Source: an uncultured Bacteroidales bacterium (lineage in GTDB: Bacteria; Bacteroidota; Bacteroidia; Bacteroidales; VadinHA17). Taken from it: a stretch of 64,000 nucleotides of DNA. The stretch lies in assembly GCA_963840965.1 (NCBI GenBank), contig CAWJAW010000009.1:256487-320486 (forward strand), given 5' to 3'. The notes under the pieces are model-generated. The model searched no databases and was not told the DNA's origin. It was given only the letters and a program-made list of their open reading frames with translations. Both the position numbers and the translations under genes were made by a program. Of the stretch, positions 31,955 to 40,828 are shown in pieces; the stretch's first letter is position 1; each line of letters starts with the position of its first letter.

Positions 31955-33925
31955 TTATGCAAACCTGAAATCCAGTTGCTTCTTCTGCAGGTCGGCTTTC
32001 ACAACTTCAATTTTAACCCTGTCGCCCAGGGTGTAGATTTTTCCTGTCGATTTTCCACGGATACAGTAGTTCTCTTCATCGTACTCATAGTAGTCATCCG
32101 ACAGATCCCTGACGCTCACCATTCCCTCGCACTGGTTCTCGATGATCTCCACGTAGATCCCCCACTCGGTAACTCCCGAAATGACCCCGTCGAACGCCTG
32201 ACCCATTTTGTCGCTCATGAATTCAACCTGTTTGTACTTCACAGAAGCTCTTTCGGCTTCAGCGGCCACTCGTTCCATCTTTGAGGAGTGGTCGCACAGT
32301 TTCCCGATTTTCTCCTTGTTTCCGGGATCGTCGTGGTTCAGGTAAGCGGTGAGCAGCCGGTGCACCATCATATCGGGGTACCTCCGGATCGGTGAGGTGA
32401 AATGGGTGTAGTGCTTGAAAGCAAGTCCGTAGTGTCCTATGTTGTCGGTTGAATAGACTGCCTTTGCCATTGCCCTGAGCGCTATTGTCTCGATGATGTT
32501 TTGCTCGCTCCTGCCTGCAACTTCCTTCATCAGCCTGTTCATTGCTTTAGGAAGGTTATTCTCATCTGAAGTCAGCTTGTATCCGAAGCGGGTAATAAAG
32601 GTCCTGAAGTTGGATATCTTCTCAGGATCGGGCTTATCGTGAATCCTGTATACGAATGTTTTTCCGTGAAGCTTCTTGCCTACGTATTCTGCAACCCGGC
32701 GGTTAGCCAGGAGCATAAACTCTTCAATCAGCTGGTTTGCGGTTCCCATATCCCTGAATTTCACTCCCAGGGGTTTACCATTCTCGTCAAGTTCGAACTG
32801 CACCTCTGACCTCTCGAATGAAAAAGCCCCGTAAGCAAATCGTTTTGCACGCAGTTTCTGTGCAAGGTCGTGAAGCAGGAGTATCTGCTCCTTCATATCC
32901 CCCTCGCCCGTGTCGATCACCATCTGGGCTTCGTTGTACGAGAATCTTCTGTCGGAATTGATTATTGTCCGGCCAAACCACTCGTTCAGCACCTCTCCAT
33001 TCTCATCAAGCTCAAAGACAGCCGAATAGGTAAGCTTATCCTCCGCCGGCCGGAGTGAACATATTTCATTTGAGAGTCGTTCGGGAAGCATCGGGACCAC
33101 GCGGTCGACCAGGTAGACGGATGTAGCCCTTTGTTTTGCTTCTTCCTCGGTCAGCGATCCGGGTCGGACATAATAAGTGACATCGGCAATATGTACACCG
33201 GCTTCCCAGTTGCCGTTTTCAAGTTTCCTCAGTGACAGGGCATCATCGAAATCCTTGGCATCCGCCGGATCGATTGTGAAGGTAGGCACATCCCTGAAAT
33301 CCCTTCTATCGAGGATATCCTTTTCAGTTATTTCACCGCTGATTCGGGCTGCATCATTCTCAACTTCCTCAGTGAAAGTGTAAGGCAGCTCAAATTCAGC
33401 AAGTATTGCATGCATCTCGGTCGAATGTAGTCCGGGCTCCCCGAGGACATTAATAATCTCCCCTACCGGATTCTTCGAGCTTGGTTTCCATTCGACAATC
33501 CGTGCAACGGCCTTCTGCCCCTGTTTTCCGCCGTTAAGAGCCGACGTCGGGATGAAAATGTCAAAAGGCATATTCTTGTTATCGGGCATGAGGAATGCAA
33601 AACCTGGCATTACCTCAAGGGTGCCGACGAAGCTGGTTCTCCAGCGCTCCAGTATCTCCACAACCTCACCTTCGGGCCTGGCGCCTTTTCTCCTGGCATA
33701 AAGCCATACCTTCACCTTATCTCCGTGAAGGGCGGTGTTCAGGTTCCTGGCTGCAACGAAAACATCATCCTCCATGTCGTCAGAGCTGATGAATCCGTAT
33801 CCCATCCTCGTCATATCGACAGTTCCCGTGATATATATCCTTTCCTCGTGCCTTCCGCCGTGTTTCGAATTTTTCTTCCCTCCGAAGGACTCCTTAGCCT
33901 TCCTTCTGGTGTTCTTTCTTCCCAT
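31955..33925 (-). CDS. rnr: ribonuclease R
   Basis: Basic N-terminus, cold-shock-like domains, an RNB core (FTIDPADAKDFDDALS, HYGLAFKHYTHFTSPIRRYPD) and a C-terminal S1 domain. ATG at 33925 (ORF extends to 34027). Confidence 0.9.
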   Translation of the reverse strand: MGRKNTRRKAKESFGGKKNSKHGGRHEERIYITGTVDMTRMGYGFISSDDMEDDVFVAARNLNTALHGDKVKVWLYARRKGARPEGEVVEILERWRTSFVGTLEVMPGFAFLMPDNKNMPFDIFIPTSALNGGKQGQKAVARIVEWKPSSKNPVGEIINVLGEPGLHSTEMHAILAEFELPYTFTEEVENDAARISGEITEKDILDRRDFRDVPTFTIDPADAKDFDDALSLRKLENGNWEAGVHIADVTYYVRPGSLTEEEAKQRATSVYLVDRVVPMLPERLSNEICSLRPAEDKLTYSAVFELDENGEVLNEWFGRTIINSDRRFSYNEAQMVIDTGEGDMKEQILLLHDLAQKLRAKRFAYGAFSFERSEVQFELDENGKPLGVKFRDMGTANQLIEEFMLLANRRVAEYVGKKLHGKTFVYRIHDKPDPEKISNFRTFITRFGYKLTSDENNLPKAMNRLMKEVAGRSEQNIIETIALRAMAKAVYSTDNIGHYGLAFKHYTHFTSPIRRYPDMMVHRLLTAYLNHDDPGNKEKIGKLCDHSSKMERVAAEAERASVKYKQVEFMSDKMGQAFDGVISGVTEWGIYVEIIENQCEGMVSVRDLSDDYYEYDEENYCIRGKSTGKIYTLGDRVKIEVVKADLQKKQLDFRFA

Positions 33926-33988
33926 AATATTTGGTTTTCGCGAAGGTAAGAAAACGAACCGTTTATTTTGTACATTTGCCCTATAGTT

Positions 33989-34285
33989 ATGAATAAGTTG
34001 ACGACAAACGGACCGGTATATTCCCACTCCCCGAACATAGTCACCCGGAAGACGGGAAGCGAGTATGTGCTTATACCAGTGGCGAATAACATCGCCGATA
34101 TGAACAGTGTCTATACCCTTAACGAATCGGGAGCCTTTATCTGGGAACTGATCGACGGGAAGAGAAGCACCGGCGAAATAGTCGATGCGCTGGTCGAAGA
34201 ATACAATGTCGACAGGGGTGTGGCTGAGTCAGACGTCAATTCTTTCATGAGTGACATGAGTAAATATCTCATCATCAACATTTAG
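33989..34285 (+). CDS. PqqD-family protein (RiPP recognition element-like)
   Basis: ..VTRKTGSEYVLIPVAN..VYTLNESGAFIWELIDGKRSTGEIVDALVEEYNVDRGVAESDVNSFMSDM is the canonical PqqD/RRE pattern. About 98 aa from the ATG at 33989. Confidence 0.8.
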   Translation: MNKLTTNGPVYSHSPNIVTRKTGSEYVLIPVANNIADMNSVYTLNESGAFIWELIDGKRSTGEIVDALVEEYNVDRGVAESDVNSFMSDMSKYLIINI

Positions 34286-34398
34286 AATAATATTTTCCCC
34301 TTCCCCACGTTATCCTTCAGAGATTACGTTTAACTGAAAAACAATCTGAAGTGTATAACAGTGTAGGTTACCGGGAAAGCAGCGTGGGATTTTACAAC

Positions 34399-35310
34399 AT
34401 GCTGAAACAGCCAGCGATAAGAATGAGAGACTATACTCTTAACATAGCCGGATACAATATCAGGCTCGAGTCCCAGGAAGACGGACCCGATCTGATCCCT
34501 TCTCCCAGGTTTCTGCAGAGTATTGTCAGAGCCCTTGACTATGATGTCCTTATCAGGGTACATCATGGAAGGATCAGACCCGACGAGGATGCCGAAAGGC
34601 TTTTTGTGGCTCCCTATGTTGTTGAGGTAAAAGGCTATAAGGTAACAAAAAGTGATAATTTCTGGAGTGTTTACAAGCAGAACGGCGATCTTCTTATAAT
34701 TACAAATTTCCCCGATTCTCCCGGTAAAAAGGCAACTTTGAAACTGTCACTTGCATTGAGAGAATGGGATCTTTATATAGAGAATGCAGGCCGGAGCACC
34801 GATCCGATGGAATACCCGCTCGACGGACTAATTCTTTATTATCTCACGGCCATAAATGCCGACATTATGATCCATGCATCGGGAGTATCGTACAATGGCC
34901 GCGGCTACCTGTTCAGCGGGGTTTCAGGCAAAGGTAAGACAACAATGTCGTTATTGTGGGACAATATAGGCGCGCAGGTCATTCACGACGACAGGCTGAT
35001 AATAAGGAACACCGGCGGGATATACAGGATGCACAACACTCCCGTTTACAGGAATGATGTACCCCGGAGCGCTCCAATCGACAGGATCTTCCTTATCAGT
35101 CATGGCAATGAGAATGAAATGATTCAGATAAGGGAAGCATCAGCAGTCAGCATGGTAGTTGCCAACTGCATCCAGCATAATTACAGTCCGGATATGATAG
35201 CCCGCTTCCTTGGATCCATCTCGATGATGTGTTCGAAGGTTCCGGTGTCGACCCTTTCGTTTCGTCCCGACAGGAGCGTAATAGAATACATTCTCCGGAA
35301 TGACCAGTAA
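34399..35310 (+). CDS. HPr-kinase-like P-loop kinase (HprK C-terminal domain homologue)
   Basis: IHASGVSYNGRGYLFSGVSGKGKTTMSLLW...QVIHDDRLIIRN parallels the HprK catalytic core (lHG..v...G.GvLi.G.SG.GKS..al.L...GH.LvaDD). The ORF opens at 34351 (GTG). Confidence 0.7.
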   Translation: MLKQPAIRMRDYTLNIAGYNIRLESQEDGPDLIPSPRFLQSIVRALDYDVLIRVHHGRIRPDEDAERLFVAPYVVEVKGYKVTKSDNFWSVYKQNGDLLIITNFPDSPGKKATLKLSLALREWDLYIENAGRSTDPMEYPLDGLILYYLTAINADIMIHASGVSYNGRGYLFSGVSGKGKTTMSLLWDNIGAQVIHDDRLIIRNTGGIYRMHNTPVYRNDVPRSAPIDRIFLISHGNENEMIQIREASAVSMVVANCIQHNYSPDMIARFLGSISMMCSKVPVSTLSFRPDRSVIEYILRNDQ

Positions 35311-35764
35311 CAGACTGTCCCATACCGTACTCAATGATATCGGATTCATGCTTCTTGCCGAAGGAAAGACCATCAGGGTCAGGGCCGATGGCATGAGCAT
35401 GCACCCTTCAATAAAATCTGGATCTGTAATCTTTATCGAACCATACGAACCGGGAGCAAAACCACGTCCGGGCGAGATAATCGCATGGAAAAAAGACATG
35501 GGGATCGTTGTGCACCGGCTGGTAAATGCTTACATGCAGAAGATGCAAATGCATTACGTTACCCGCGGCGACAGCTGTATGGGTGAGGATGATCCGATAG
35601 TCTTTGAACAGATTGCGGGGAAGGTTGTCAGGATCGAATATCCTGAAGGGAAACAGGTGCCTGCTCATAAATATGCAGGTATCAGGCCGAATTACAGACT
35701 AAACAGGATATTGGTACGGATAATTTCGCAAATTTACAGGGTGAAGAGAGTTTTTGATCCCTGA
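35300..35764 (+). CDS. S24/S26-fold serine peptidase (SipW/archaeal-type signal-peptidase-like)
   Basis: ADGMSMHPSIKSGSVIFIEP (GxSMxP nucleophile motif), GEIIAW..GIVVHRLV (His), and YVTRGDSCMGEDDP..IAGKVV. Overlaps the kinase ORF by 11 nt. Confidence 0.7.
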   Translation: MTSNRLSHTVLNDIGFMLLAEGKTIRVRADGMSMHPSIKSGSVIFIEPYEPGAKPRPGEIIAWKKDMGIVVHRLVNAYMQKMQMHYVTRGDSCMGEDDPIVFEQIAGKVVRIEYPEGKQVPAHKYAGIRPNYRLNRILVRIISQIYRVKRVFDP

Positions 35765-35880
35765 CCCCCCTTCCCCCAGGAAGACTACCCCCCAACCCCC
35801 CCAGGGGGGGGCTCACTCCCTGGACCCGACCCCCCTTGGGGGGCAGGGGGTAGGGGGCCAGGGGTAGGGTCTTGGGGGTA
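35765..35880. repeat. GC-rich palindrome cluster inside the PqqD-to-ABC gene string
   Basis: CCCCCCCAGGGGGGGG, and CCCCCCTTGGGGGGCAGGGGGTA (35830-35852), which is the exact inverse of 24382-24404. Confidence 0.85.
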
Positions 35881-35906
35881 AAAAACTCTATGGTAACCAT
35901 TTCTTG

Positions 35907-37688
35907 ATGAACGGAAAGATCAAACTATTCAGGAAAGCCCTGGCCCTTGTCTATGACAGCGCGCCCGGGTGGGCCACGGTGAACATCGTGATCTCGGTCC
36001 TGCAGAGCATTTTTCCCCTTGCCCTTGTCTGGCTGATTAAGCTTCTGATAGATGAAATTACCAATGCTGCTCAAGCCGGCACGGGAGCGGTCAATATAGT
36101 GCCGATGGTGATCGCAGTGGTAGTCGTTTACTTCCTGGATGAGGTATGTTCCGATTCGGGCAACTTTGTGCGCAGCAAGCAGTCGGTGAAACTCGAGGGA
36201 TATATGTACAACCTGCTTCACTCGAAAGCTGTGAGGCTCGACCTTATCAACTTTGAGCATCCCGGATATTACGACTGTCTGTCGAGGGCAACATCCGAAG
36301 CTCCATGGAGGCCAAACAACATACTGAACAACATAGTATCGATGTTCCGGGGATTGCTGTCGCTGCTGCTGATGGCCGGACTTCTGTTCACCCTGCACTG
36401 GGGGGTTGCCCTGATGCTGCTGGTGGTGAACATTCCGGGGATATGGCTCAGGCTGCACTATGCCGATATTCTTTATAACTTTCAGAGGGAACAGACACCC
36501 GAAGCCAGAAAGTCGGCGTATTTCAGCTGGCTCCTTACCGGCGACAGGCCTTCAAGAGAGATCAGGCTGTTCGGGTTGGGTAACTACTTCATCTCGCTGT
36601 TTAAGAAATCCTTTAACAGGCAGAAGGAAGAAGAACTGAACATCCTCAGAAAAAGGACAGTTATTGAACTGATATCGGATGTGGTCAAGGCTTCCGCAAT
36701 ACTTGTACTGCTCCTGGTGATAGCCAGGCATACGGTTTCGGGAGATCTCAGTCTTGGACAGATGGCCATGTTCCTGCTGGCATTCAGGCAGGGTATGACC
36801 TACATAAAGGATCTGTTCGTTTCGGTGGCCGGGCTTTATGAAGACGGGCTGTATATAGGCGACACATTCGAATTCCTCGATCTGAAGGAAAGCGTAGTGG
36901 CCAATCCGCCGGTCACGGTTCCCACTGAGCTGAAATCGGAGATCAAAGTTGAAGATATTTCGTTCACCTATCCCGGGAATGACTATGCAACCTTAAACAA
37001 GGTTTCGTTTGAGATAAAGAAGGGTGAGATAATTGCGCTGGTTGGTCCCAACGGAGCCGGGAAAAGCACCCTTGTGAGGCTGCTCACCCGTCTTTACGAT
37101 CCGGATACAGGCAGTGTGAGATGGGACGGAAATGATATTAAAACAATGGATCCTGATCAGTTCAGACTTTTCTTTTCGGTTGTTTTTCAGGATTTCATGC
37201 TATATAACCTTCCGGCCGGGGAGAACATCAGGATGGGAAATATTGATGCACCGGACCCGGATGAAAAGATCAGGAAGGCTGCCGCAAACTCGGGTGTTCA
37301 TGAACTTCTGAACAATCTGCCGAAGGGCTACGACACCACAATCGGGACCCTCTTTGACGACAGCAGGGAGCTGAGCTGGGGCGAATGGCAAAAGATAGCG
37401 CTTGCGAGGGCCTTGTTCCGCGAGTCGCCGGTTCTGATCCTCGATGAACCCTCCAGTTCGCTCGATGCGGATACGGAGCATGAGATATTTAGCCGTTTCA
37501 GGGAGATAGTCAACGGACGTACCTCCATTCTTATAACTCACAGATTTACCAATGTAACCCTGGCTGACAGGATAATTGTGCTGGAGCACGGAAGCATAAC
37601 GGAAACCGGATCGCATGAGGAGTTGATGAAGATGAAGGGGAGATATTGGGAGATGTTTAGGAAGCAGGCGGGTAGGCATGGGGCGTGA
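35907..37688 (+). CDS. ABC exporter, fused permease/ATPase (MsbA/McjD-like architecture)
   Basis: Six-TM N-terminal half. Walker A GPNGAGKST, signature LSWGEWQKIALARA, Walker B ILDEPSSSLD. About 593 aa. Confidence 0.85.
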   Translation: MNGKIKLFRKALALVYDSAPGWATVNIVISVLQSIFPLALVWLIKLLIDEITNAAQAGTGAVNIVPMVIAVVVVYFLDEVCSDSGNFVRSKQSVKLEGYMYNLLHSKAVRLDLINFEHPGYYDCLSRATSEAPWRPNNILNNIVSMFRGLLSLLLMAGLLFTLHWGVALMLLVVNIPGIWLRLHYADILYNFQREQTPEARKSAYFSWLLTGDRPSREIRLFGLGNYFISLFKKSFNRQKEEELNILRKRTVIELISDVVKASAILVLLLVIARHTVSGDLSLGQMAMFLLAFRQGMTYIKDLFVSVAGLYEDGLYIGDTFEFLDLKESVVANPPVTVPTELKSEIKVEDISFTYPGNDYATLNKVSFEIKKGEIIALVGPNGAGKSTLVRLLTRLYDPDTGSVRWDGNDIKTMDPDQFRLFFSVVFQDFMLYNLPAGENIRMGNIDAPDPDEKIRKAAANSGVHELLNNLPKGYDTTIGTLFDDSRELSWGEWQKIALARALFRESPVLILDEPSSSLDADTEHEIFSRFREIVNGRTSILITHRFTNVTLADRIIVLEHGSITETGSHEELMKMKGRYWEMFRKQAGRHGA

Positions 37689-37875
37689 GGCGTGAGTCGT
37701 GAGGCGTGAGACGAAGGGACGAAGAGACGGAGGGACGAAGGGACGGCGTGAGTCGTGAGGCGTGAGGGAGTAAAGCCAGGCTCAGGGCTCAGGGCTCAGG
37801 GCGCAGGGTTCGGCTGAAGGGGAGATAACTCCGTGTTACTCTTTTTTTACTTCGTGCGACTCCGTGTTTAAACTC
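37682..37875. repeat. mosaic of 7-8-nt tandem arrays
   Basis: (GGCGTGAG/TCGTGAG)n, (ACGAAGGG/ACGGAGGG)n, GGCGTGAG again, (GGCTCAG)x3-4, then the AACTCCGTG..ACTCCGTGTTTAAAC module. The first unit supplies the ABC exporter's TGA stop. Confidence 0.9.
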
Positions 37876-38060
37876 CTGGATTTCATGGCAAAAAATTACC
37901 AGTATTCCTGCCGGTTTTGCAAAAAAGTAGCAATTCTGCCTAAAAATATTAACCCATAAAAAAAATTCTAAAAAAATTCTAAATTTTTTTGGTAAATTCC
38001 TGAATATTTGCTATGTTTAGTGTTGAAAGTCAGTGCGTGCTAATTTAAATTTTTTAGGTT

Positions 38061-38270
38061 ATGACAAGGATTTACAGAGAAAATCTGAAAGTCAGGATCC
38101 TAAAGCTGGCCGATATGCAAAGTACCGGTTCCCCTGATGATCTTGCATTCAGATTCAGTGTCAGTAAAAGAACGGTCAAGCGGATAGTAAACGAGATCCG
38201 CGGTGAAGGCTTTAACATAAGATACAGTCCGTCAAAGAAGTCGTATGTGACGGAGAAGGAATGTGTTTAG
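38061..38270 (+). CDS. small HTH-domain protein
   Basis: 69 aa. LAFRFSVSKRTVKRIVNEIRGEGFNI resembles an HTH_11/DeoR-N type helix-turn-helix. Sits between two repeat mosaics. Confidence 0.55.
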   Translation: MTRIYRENLKVRILKLADMQSTGSPDDLAFRFSVSKRTVKRIVNEIRGEGFNIRYSPSKKSYVTEKECV

Positions 38271-38441
38271 GATAGGTGTTTGCAATAAGGTTTTACGGGT
38301 ACGTCTCGCTGCCAATATCCTCGTACCTGGTTAATCCGTTCAAAGCGGATGGGTCGCCCTGACCCCTCGGGTCCCCGGAGTTCGCTGATTTTCCTCCGGG
38401 GATCTTCTATTCGTCGTGAGGGGTGAGGCGTGCGACAAAAG

Positions 38442-38480
38442 GTCATGCAGGTCGTGCAGGTCTTGCAGGTCGTGCAGGTC
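38442..38480. repeat. 9-nt tandem array (GTCNTGCAG) x4
   Basis: gtcatgcag gtcgtgcag gtcttgcag gtcgtgcag gtc. Same family as 17967 and 44697. Confidence 0.9.
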
Positions 38481-38570
38481 ATTCTCAAAAGCTGACAGAT
38501 GTTAGTGATTTTCTGCCAACTGGTTAGTGGTTGCCTTTACGCCGTAATGCCTTTACGCCTTTGCGCCTTC

Positions 38571-39041
38571 TTAAAACATCCTGTCCGACTCCTCGAGGAA
38601 TATATCGAAGTAGCCGTCGGTTATCATCAGGGAGTCCAGGGGATCAATGGTGTTTTTCACCTTGAAGAAGAAGTCGCCGCGAAGGTTTCCATGTTCGGTT
38701 CCCAGGATGCGGAATTGTCCGGATACAGCGTTATATGTAACGGAGCGGCCTCCTCCGAGTTCCCGTTTCCAGGTGGCTGTGAATTCAGGGAAGGTGAAGG
38801 TTGTTTTGGTGAAGGTATCATCGTAGGCTTCGATGCTGAGTGAATTGAACTCGTTGTTGAAGACCCGGTATTCGATGCCGGTTTTTTGTCCGGCCGTATA
38901 ATCGTTGTATTTTCTGGCTATTCCGGTGAAGGTATAGAGCTGTCCGCCGACAGTTGCCTCCAGGAGGCGGTTTTTCTCCGGCTCTTCGGTACAGGAAGGG
39001 AGGAGGAGGATCAATATAAGAAGCAGACTGAGCTTGCTCAT
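38571..39041 (-). CDS. hypothetical lipoprotein
   Basis: MSKLSLLLILILLLPSCTEEP signal/lipobox. A small beta-rich protein. Confidence 0.65.
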   Translation of the reverse strand: MSKLSLLLILILLLPSCTEEPEKNRLLEATVGGQLYTFTGIARKYNDYTAGQKTGIEYRVFNNEFNSLSIEAYDDTFTKTTFTFPEFTATWKRELGGGRSVTYNAVSGQFRILGTEHGNLRGDFFFKVKNTIDPLDSLMITDGYFDIFLEESDRMF

Positions 39042-39129
39042 TGATTGTGGTTTTCATATATAACTGTGGGGAGGGGGGGATTAGTATGTCCGGGGATCGT
39101 CTGTATTATGTGTATAACCCTGGTTGCTT

Positions 39130-39245
39130 TAACCCTGGCTTTAAAGCCAGGGTTTGAGCAGCCAGGGTTTGAGCAGCCAGGGTTAGGCAGCCAGGGTTAG
39201 GCAGCCAGGGTTAGGCAGCCAGGGTTAGGCAGCCAGGGTTATACA
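39130..39245. repeat. perfect 24-nt palindrome followed by a 14-15-nt tandem array x7
   Basis: AACCCTGGCTTTAAAGCCAGGGTT (39130-39153). Then GCCAGGGTTTGAGCA x2, GCCAGGGTTAGGCA x4 and GCCAGGGTTATACA x1 (39146-39245). Confidence 0.9.
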
Positions 39246-39311
39246 GCCCAAGATCGTGAGCTGAGATTATGTAGCAGATACAGGTTATGATATACTCATG
39301 AAGGGATAGGA

Positions 39312-39752
39312 TCAGGTCTGACTATTATACTGGGTGAAGCCGTGTTGCCTGATATACTCCTCGCACTCCTGATCCCAGGTTTTCGATCTGTGATGAGATT
39401 CCTGATTACGGATATAGTTCCTTACTCTGTTGATGTGTGATTCGCTGATCGAGGCGGCATAGTATTCGTCGGCCCACTCGAATCTGGTTTTGATAAGCTG
39501 GATCTTGTTTATCCAATGTGCGGATTCCCCCTTGATCAATTGCATCACTTTCGACAGCGCCTGATCACAGCCGAGCATAAGCAGACAGTGAAGGTGTTCG
39601 GTGTGTCCGTTCAGGAAATCAATATGTATGTCTTTCGAAGCTGCATTGGTACGGATGTGGTTTATCACTTCATACTTCCTTCCGGGATAGAGGCAAGGTA
39701 CCCGGTTTTTGGTGCCCCACACGCAGTGGATCCAGATTTTTACGTAGGACAT
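39312..39752 (-). CDS. IS200-like Y1 (HUH) transposase / REP-associated tyrosine transposase-like
   Basis: IWIHCVWGTKNR.., HUH motif in GHTEHLHCLL, catalytic Tyr context RVRNYIRNQESHH. 146 aa. No IS605-type tnpB partner. Confidence 0.85.
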   Translation of the reverse strand: MSYVKIWIHCVWGTKNRVPCLYPGRKYEVINHIRTNAASKDIHIDFLNGHTEHLHCLLMLGCDQALSKVMQLIKGESAHWINKIQLIKTRFEWADEYYAASISESHINRVRNYIRNQESHHRSKTWDQECEEYIRQHGFTQYNSQT

Positions 39753-39884
39753 GAGGATTGGGGTTAGTAGTTATACTGGTGGTGAGCTTCGTATGTCTGC
39801 GCCCCGCCCCCGCTGGGCAGCCGGGGTTGGGCAGCAGGGGTCAGATAGCATATGATGGGCAGCAGGGCAGATGGCAGACATGGT

Positions 39885-40469
39885 TCAGAAGCTAATATTG
39901 AGACCCGCTCTGGCAGTGGCGACGACGATCCCCCGGGTGTCGTTCTGGTAGACGCCTTTGAGGCTGATGCCGCTTCGTGGACCGGTCTTCATGATGGCTC
40001 CGAGGGAGACGGTGTAACCCGGAGCCGCGACGATATAATCACCGTGGGATCCTCCTCCAAGCTGAAGCTCTGTAGAATGGTATTGAACGTCAGGACCGGT
40101 GGCAACTACCCAGTGATATCTCCTTACATAGAATCCCAGTCCGGCCTCCAGATCGAAAACATCCGTCCTGACGGGATAGAAATAACCTGTCAGATCGAGA
40201 CCGGCGGCCTTTATATCCTTAAGTAAATCTATATCCACGTCATTATTGAAAAAACTGTAGAAACCTATCGAAGGGGCGACACTGAACCAGGAGGTCAGCG
40301 GCTGGATAAACTCGTTGTAATAGCAGAATCCGTCAATATCGCCCGATCCGGTAAAGGCATAGCCGGTTTCAAGGCGTAGGGAATTCATGCCAAATACACC
40401 TTCCTGCGAAATAGCAGATGCTGCCGGTAAAAACAGCATTAAAGTCACGAAATAGGATCTGATTTTCAT
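39885..40469 (-). CDS. outer-membrane beta-barrel protein
   Basis: Signal peptide MKIRSYFVTLMLFLPAASAISQ, alternating beta-strand pattern, C-terminal ..AGLNISF. Confidence 0.7.
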   Translation of the reverse strand: MKIRSYFVTLMLFLPAASAISQEGVFGMNSLRLETGYAFTGSGDIDGFCYYNEFIQPLTSWFSVAPSIGFYSFFNNDVDIDLLKDIKAAGLDLTGYFYPVRTDVFDLEAGLGFYVRRYHWVVATGPDVQYHSTELQLGGGSHGDYIVAAPGYTVSLGAIMKTGPRSGISLKGVYQNDTRGIVVATARAGLNISF

Positions 40470-40513
40470 TTTTTAAGAGTTAAGAATATGATTATGTTAA
40501 CATTATGTCCATA

Positions 40514-40700
40514 TTAAAACCTGAATCCAAATATCGGGGTTATCGAAAGACCTTCAAAGCCAAGAGCCCAGATAACATTCGAATCTGCCCTCAGGCCAAG
40601 GTAGAAATTGCTTTCGAACTGGTAGTAGTAATCGAGACAGATGGTGAAGCCGATTTCGTAAAAATCTCACTATAATCTAGTATTGATAATAAGTACCATC
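40514..40700 (-). pseudogene. C-terminal fragment of an OMP beta-barrel gene
   Basis: The minus frame reads ..YEIGFTICLDYYYQFESNFYLGLRADSNVIWALGFEGLSITPIFGFRF* with no start codon. It has a terminal aromatic residue like the neighbouring OMP. Confidence 0.35.
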
Positions 40701-40828
40701 ATTATATGCTTCAGCAATGTCAGGCCTTAAAAAACAATCTCTTTTAAGTTTGAATCCCACACCAGGTTCAATAAAATTGTTGCCCTTTAATTTTACCTGT
40801 CTCGAAAAAACCATATCGACCATTTGCC

